Below, piece by piece: positions 60,873 to 64,000 of a stretch of 64,000 bases of DNA. Every line of letters begins with the position of its first letter. Position 1 is the first letter of the stretch. The stretch lies in contig NC_135761.1 in the NCBI RefSeq assembly GCF_052425735.1, forward strand, positions 8,556,001 to 8,620,000. The letters are read 5' to 3'. A program made the position numbers and the translations under genes. The DNA is from Oculina patagonica (lineage: Eukaryota). Below the pieces are notes generated by a model that was not told the DNA's origin, searched no databases, and was given only the letters and a program-made list of their open reading frames with translations.

Positions 60873-61905
60873 TTATATCTTCTGTTTTAGTTGTTTTTCT
60901 CTCTTTTTTTTATTCAAGTAACTGGTTTCTTTCCGTTTTGTATAGCCGGCACGTTTTGTCTTCAAGTTCCTTTTTTGAAGGGTATATTTTTCATAAAACT
61001 GAATTTAAACTAAAGAGCTAAATTTAATTTATTGCAGGTGTATCAGATCAGAGATCTGTAAGGTTTCCCATTTTCGCTACCCTGTAAGTATGGCGGGAAA
61101 CGGTCTCCGCATCCTTGGCGATGCTTCTTTTATTTTGGCGTGCCTTTCCAGTGTCCATTCTTTTGCACTTCTATTCCTGTTTTCATTTTTTTTTTTTGCA
61201 TTGTCCTTTTTTTGTTCCTTGGAACGAAGAGGTGGTATCGCCTTTTATCTCTCTTGTTATTTCTGTAAGTAAATAGTGGCTCTTTAAGAGAAATTTATTA
61301 AGACCTCGGCAGAGAAAACAACACGGCAATGTTAGGATGTTATCGGTCTTTCGACATCTTATTTGATTACTTTATATGAGGCGTTTTTAATTAAAGTTAC
61401 GTGAAAAGTCACTATTTGTCTTCCAGACCTTCAATATAAATGACAAGATTTCTTTGTCTAGTTGTCTCCTTTTTAAAATTTGTAATTACGTTTGGGCATA
61501 TGAAAATAAAATAAATTAACGCCTTTCATAAGTCTGTACTGTAGTCGAGCAAGAACGTCAGTTTTTTCGTTAATTTCGTTTTTTCGTAAATTTCCAGCTA
61601 TAATAGAATATAATTAATTTCAATGTTAAAACTAAGAGCGATGTGACTGGTCGCTTTATCGCTTATGACAACGGTTGCTGTTATTAATCCTACCGACAGA
61701 CTTTCTTAAGTGCCTCTGTGTTCTCTATACAAACAACTATGAAATTATATTAAAACAACAAAGAAAGTTCACCGTGCAGTCTTAGTGAATTATCACCAAA
61801 CCTAAGGTGACTCTAAACTGTAAAAGGTGCAAGTGTAAATCACATTGACGACATACATCAGGTACGGCACCCAAGGTAACAAACAAGTCTTTCATCTACG
61901 TGAAC

Positions 61906-62805
61906 ATGAACAGAACCAATGTAAGTCATATAAACTGCTTCTTTTTAAGCGTACATTTGGACCAAACAAAAGATACTTTCATCGCAAGTATTCTAACATG
62001 TATCCTGAATGCTGTGTTTTCTCTGTTAACCTCTACTGGGAATGTTATAATTCTTCATGTCATCTGGAAGAAACGAGAACTACACTCGCCATCTTTCACC
62101 CTTTTGTTTTGCCTCGCGGCTTCGGATCTCCTCGTTGGTGTGATTTCTCAACCATGTTTCGTGGTTTACCATATCGCCGAACTTGCAGAAAGCTTTAGTG
62201 TTTACTGCACATTCAGAATTACTCACACTATATCTAGCTATATAACTTGTGGTATGTCTCTGGTGACTTTAAGCGGAATCTCTGTCGATCGACTTCTCGC
62301 TTTAATCCTGCACCTCCGCTACAACACGATTGTCACTGTTGACAGAATCTTGATAACTGTTGCCTTCCTTTGGATCGTATGTATAACAGTCGTTATGTTG
62401 CGGTTCTGGATCAGCAAGTGGATTATTATCCCTGCCGTTATACTGCTTTCAACATTTCTTATCACAACCCTAAGCACCTTGAAAATATTTCAGATCGTTC
62501 GCAGACATCGGCGCCAGATAAGTCAGCAGCAACAGAGTTTTCAAATCAACACGGTAAACGTGCTCAAATGTAGAAAATCTGCAGTGACCGTACTTTATGT
62601 TTATGGTTTATTCTTGCTTTTTTATTTTCCAATTTTTTTGACGAGTCTTGCGACTTTATTCATTGGATACACATTAGAAGTGAAAATTGCCTATAACTAT
62701 GCTACAAGTGCTGTTTTGATCAACTCCTGCTTGAATCCACTTGTTTATTGCTGGAGAATTAAGGAGATAAGACGGGCTGTTACGAATTTACTGAGGAAAA
62801 CCTGA
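61906..62805 (+). CDS. Class A 7TM GPCR, 299 aa (divergent member)
   Basis: ATG at 61906 (MNRTNVSHINC); intact ORF with SVDRLLAL and NPLVY. Confidence 0.93.
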   Translation: MNRTNVSHINCFFLSVHLDQTKDTFIASILTCILNAVFSLLTSTGNVIILHVIWKKRELHSPSFTLLFCLAASDLLVGVISQPCFVVYHIAELAESFSVYCTFRITHTISSYITCGMSLVTLSGISVDRLLALILHLRYNTIVTVDRILITVAFLWIVCITVVMLRFWISKWIIIPAVILLSTFLITTLSTLKIFQIVRRHRRQISQQQQSFQINTVNVLKCRKSAVTVLYVYGLFLLFYFPIFLTSLATLFIGYTLEVKIAYNYATSAVLINSCLNPLVYCWRIKEIRRAVTNLLRKT

Positions 62806-64000
62806 CAAGAAAACGAAATGTCTAAGTTCTTCCTTGATAAGTATTCCTTAACCTGCGATTCTACATTATTTTTTAATTTGTCAGACAAAGTGTACCCTGC
62901 GAGAAGTCCAGTGTTTTCTCGCCTGCCGCGTCTATTGCCCTGTAGTCGTGGTAGAAATATGCCGGTTTCCAATGAAGGGAAAGCATAAATGTGCAATACT
63001 CTTGTGCATTCCTGGCAGTTTTTGTTATATAATCAGCCACTTAGTGCTCAGAAAACAGCGCCAAGTAGTAAACGAAGCAATCTTACGATGGGACAAAAAT
63101 GTAGTTTTTTTTTAACATTTTGCTTTAAACTTTACCGATTAGATTATTCCACAGTATCGGCAAAGTAAATACATATTATGAGCGAAAGAGTGGCTACGAA
63201 CATGGGTGAATTGTCATACTGTATATGTTATTTACAGTATTTTCCCTCAAAATGAAACATAATACTGTGCATGTATGTATCTTTATTTTAAAAAAGGAAG
63301 GAACTATAGTTTCAGTAATGTATCCGGCACTGTGTGTCCTTTAACTAAAATTGAATTAATGTATCATTGAAGGGACTTTATTATGTATAGCGAAGCGGCC
63401 CTAAAAGAAAAGAGTCATGTTGACATAACTGTTTTGTAGAAATTAAACTTTGACTGGGGAAAGATGGAAATAAACTTGAAAAGAAAGAAGAACAGTGAGA
63501 AGACATCAGAACTTTCAAGGCTTAATTTTATTAGTAATAAATTATTTTTAATTCTATTATATTCCTAAACCTGTTTTTCATTACTATAAACGTCGAGCAT
63601 TAATAAATAAATAAATTTGGAATATTTAAGAATAATCCATCAATATAGAGGGTAGTGTTTTAAGAGGTTCTGTGAAAAATCGTGTAGACTGCAAACAATC
63701 TCTTTGCTCTAAAGTCCGCGGGTACGAACGCGAACGGGGTCAAATTTGCACTTATTGTAAGCCAGCCGACTTTTTTCACCGTTTTGGACACAAGCCAGCC
63801 GACGTATCGACGTATGGCCACTGCATGAGCTCACACATGTCACACGGAGATGCTTTAGCGTTATACCTTCCTCGTTTTTTTTTTTAATGTCATCTTTTCA
63901 AAAACGTGCGTGCAGGTTCTTCTTAAAAGGCGAGCAAACAAAGATTCTGTCGTATAACGTTTTGTACGTCTTATCTGCTGATCACAAAAGTCTCGAAAAC

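Noticed and set aside
14811-61905. N-terminal extensions in the ORF track (14811, 21569, 37441, 46488, 61900)
   Set aside because: They begin at GTG/TTG and are not conserved; all paralogs align from MNx(T/S).
1410-62573. Recurring alternative-frame and antisense ORFs over the GPCRs (e.g. ...HLENISDRSQTSAPDKP...)
   Set aside because: Shadow frames of the conserved coding sequence, with variable starts and stops; no independent evidence.
1106-62805. Assigning vertebrate gene symbols (MC4R, ADORA, OR)
   Set aside because: Only motif-level resemblance; orthology cannot be supported from the sequence alone.

Overview
AT-rich animal genomic DNA, most likely a stony coral or other anthozoan (inferred from the repeat and receptor types, not proven). 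The window is a tandem birth-and-death array of single-coding-exon class A (rhodopsin-like) GPCRs of about 300 aa. There are 13 intact ORFs (12 on +, one inverted on -), 4 disabled copies (stop/frameshifts, 5' deletion, or split by a transposon), 2 internal fragments and 3 C-terminal 'echo' relics. The receptors carry motifs resembling both melanocortin-type and odorant-receptor-type GPCRs (LHSPS..LAASD, DRLLAL.L.LRY, RKSAVT, NPLVY). Intracellular parts are nearly invariant while TM3/ECL2/TM5-6 vary, and the genes look like patchworks of shared modules. Most have a CAGSTG E-box within about 120 bp of the ATG. The spacers hold many mobile elements. Two are large TTAA-flanked foldback elements (5.6 kb and 2.4 kb). 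The larger one splits an otherwise intact GPCR and carries nested cargo, including a Penelope GIY-YIG fragment with an apparently intact hammerhead ribozyme and a second, decayed hammerhead. Also present are a decayed RTE-type LINE, tRNA-derived SINEs and several MITE families. My best candidate for an undescribed system is a diversifying, co-regulated cnidarian chemoreceptor-like GPCR cluster remodelled by recombination and transposons.
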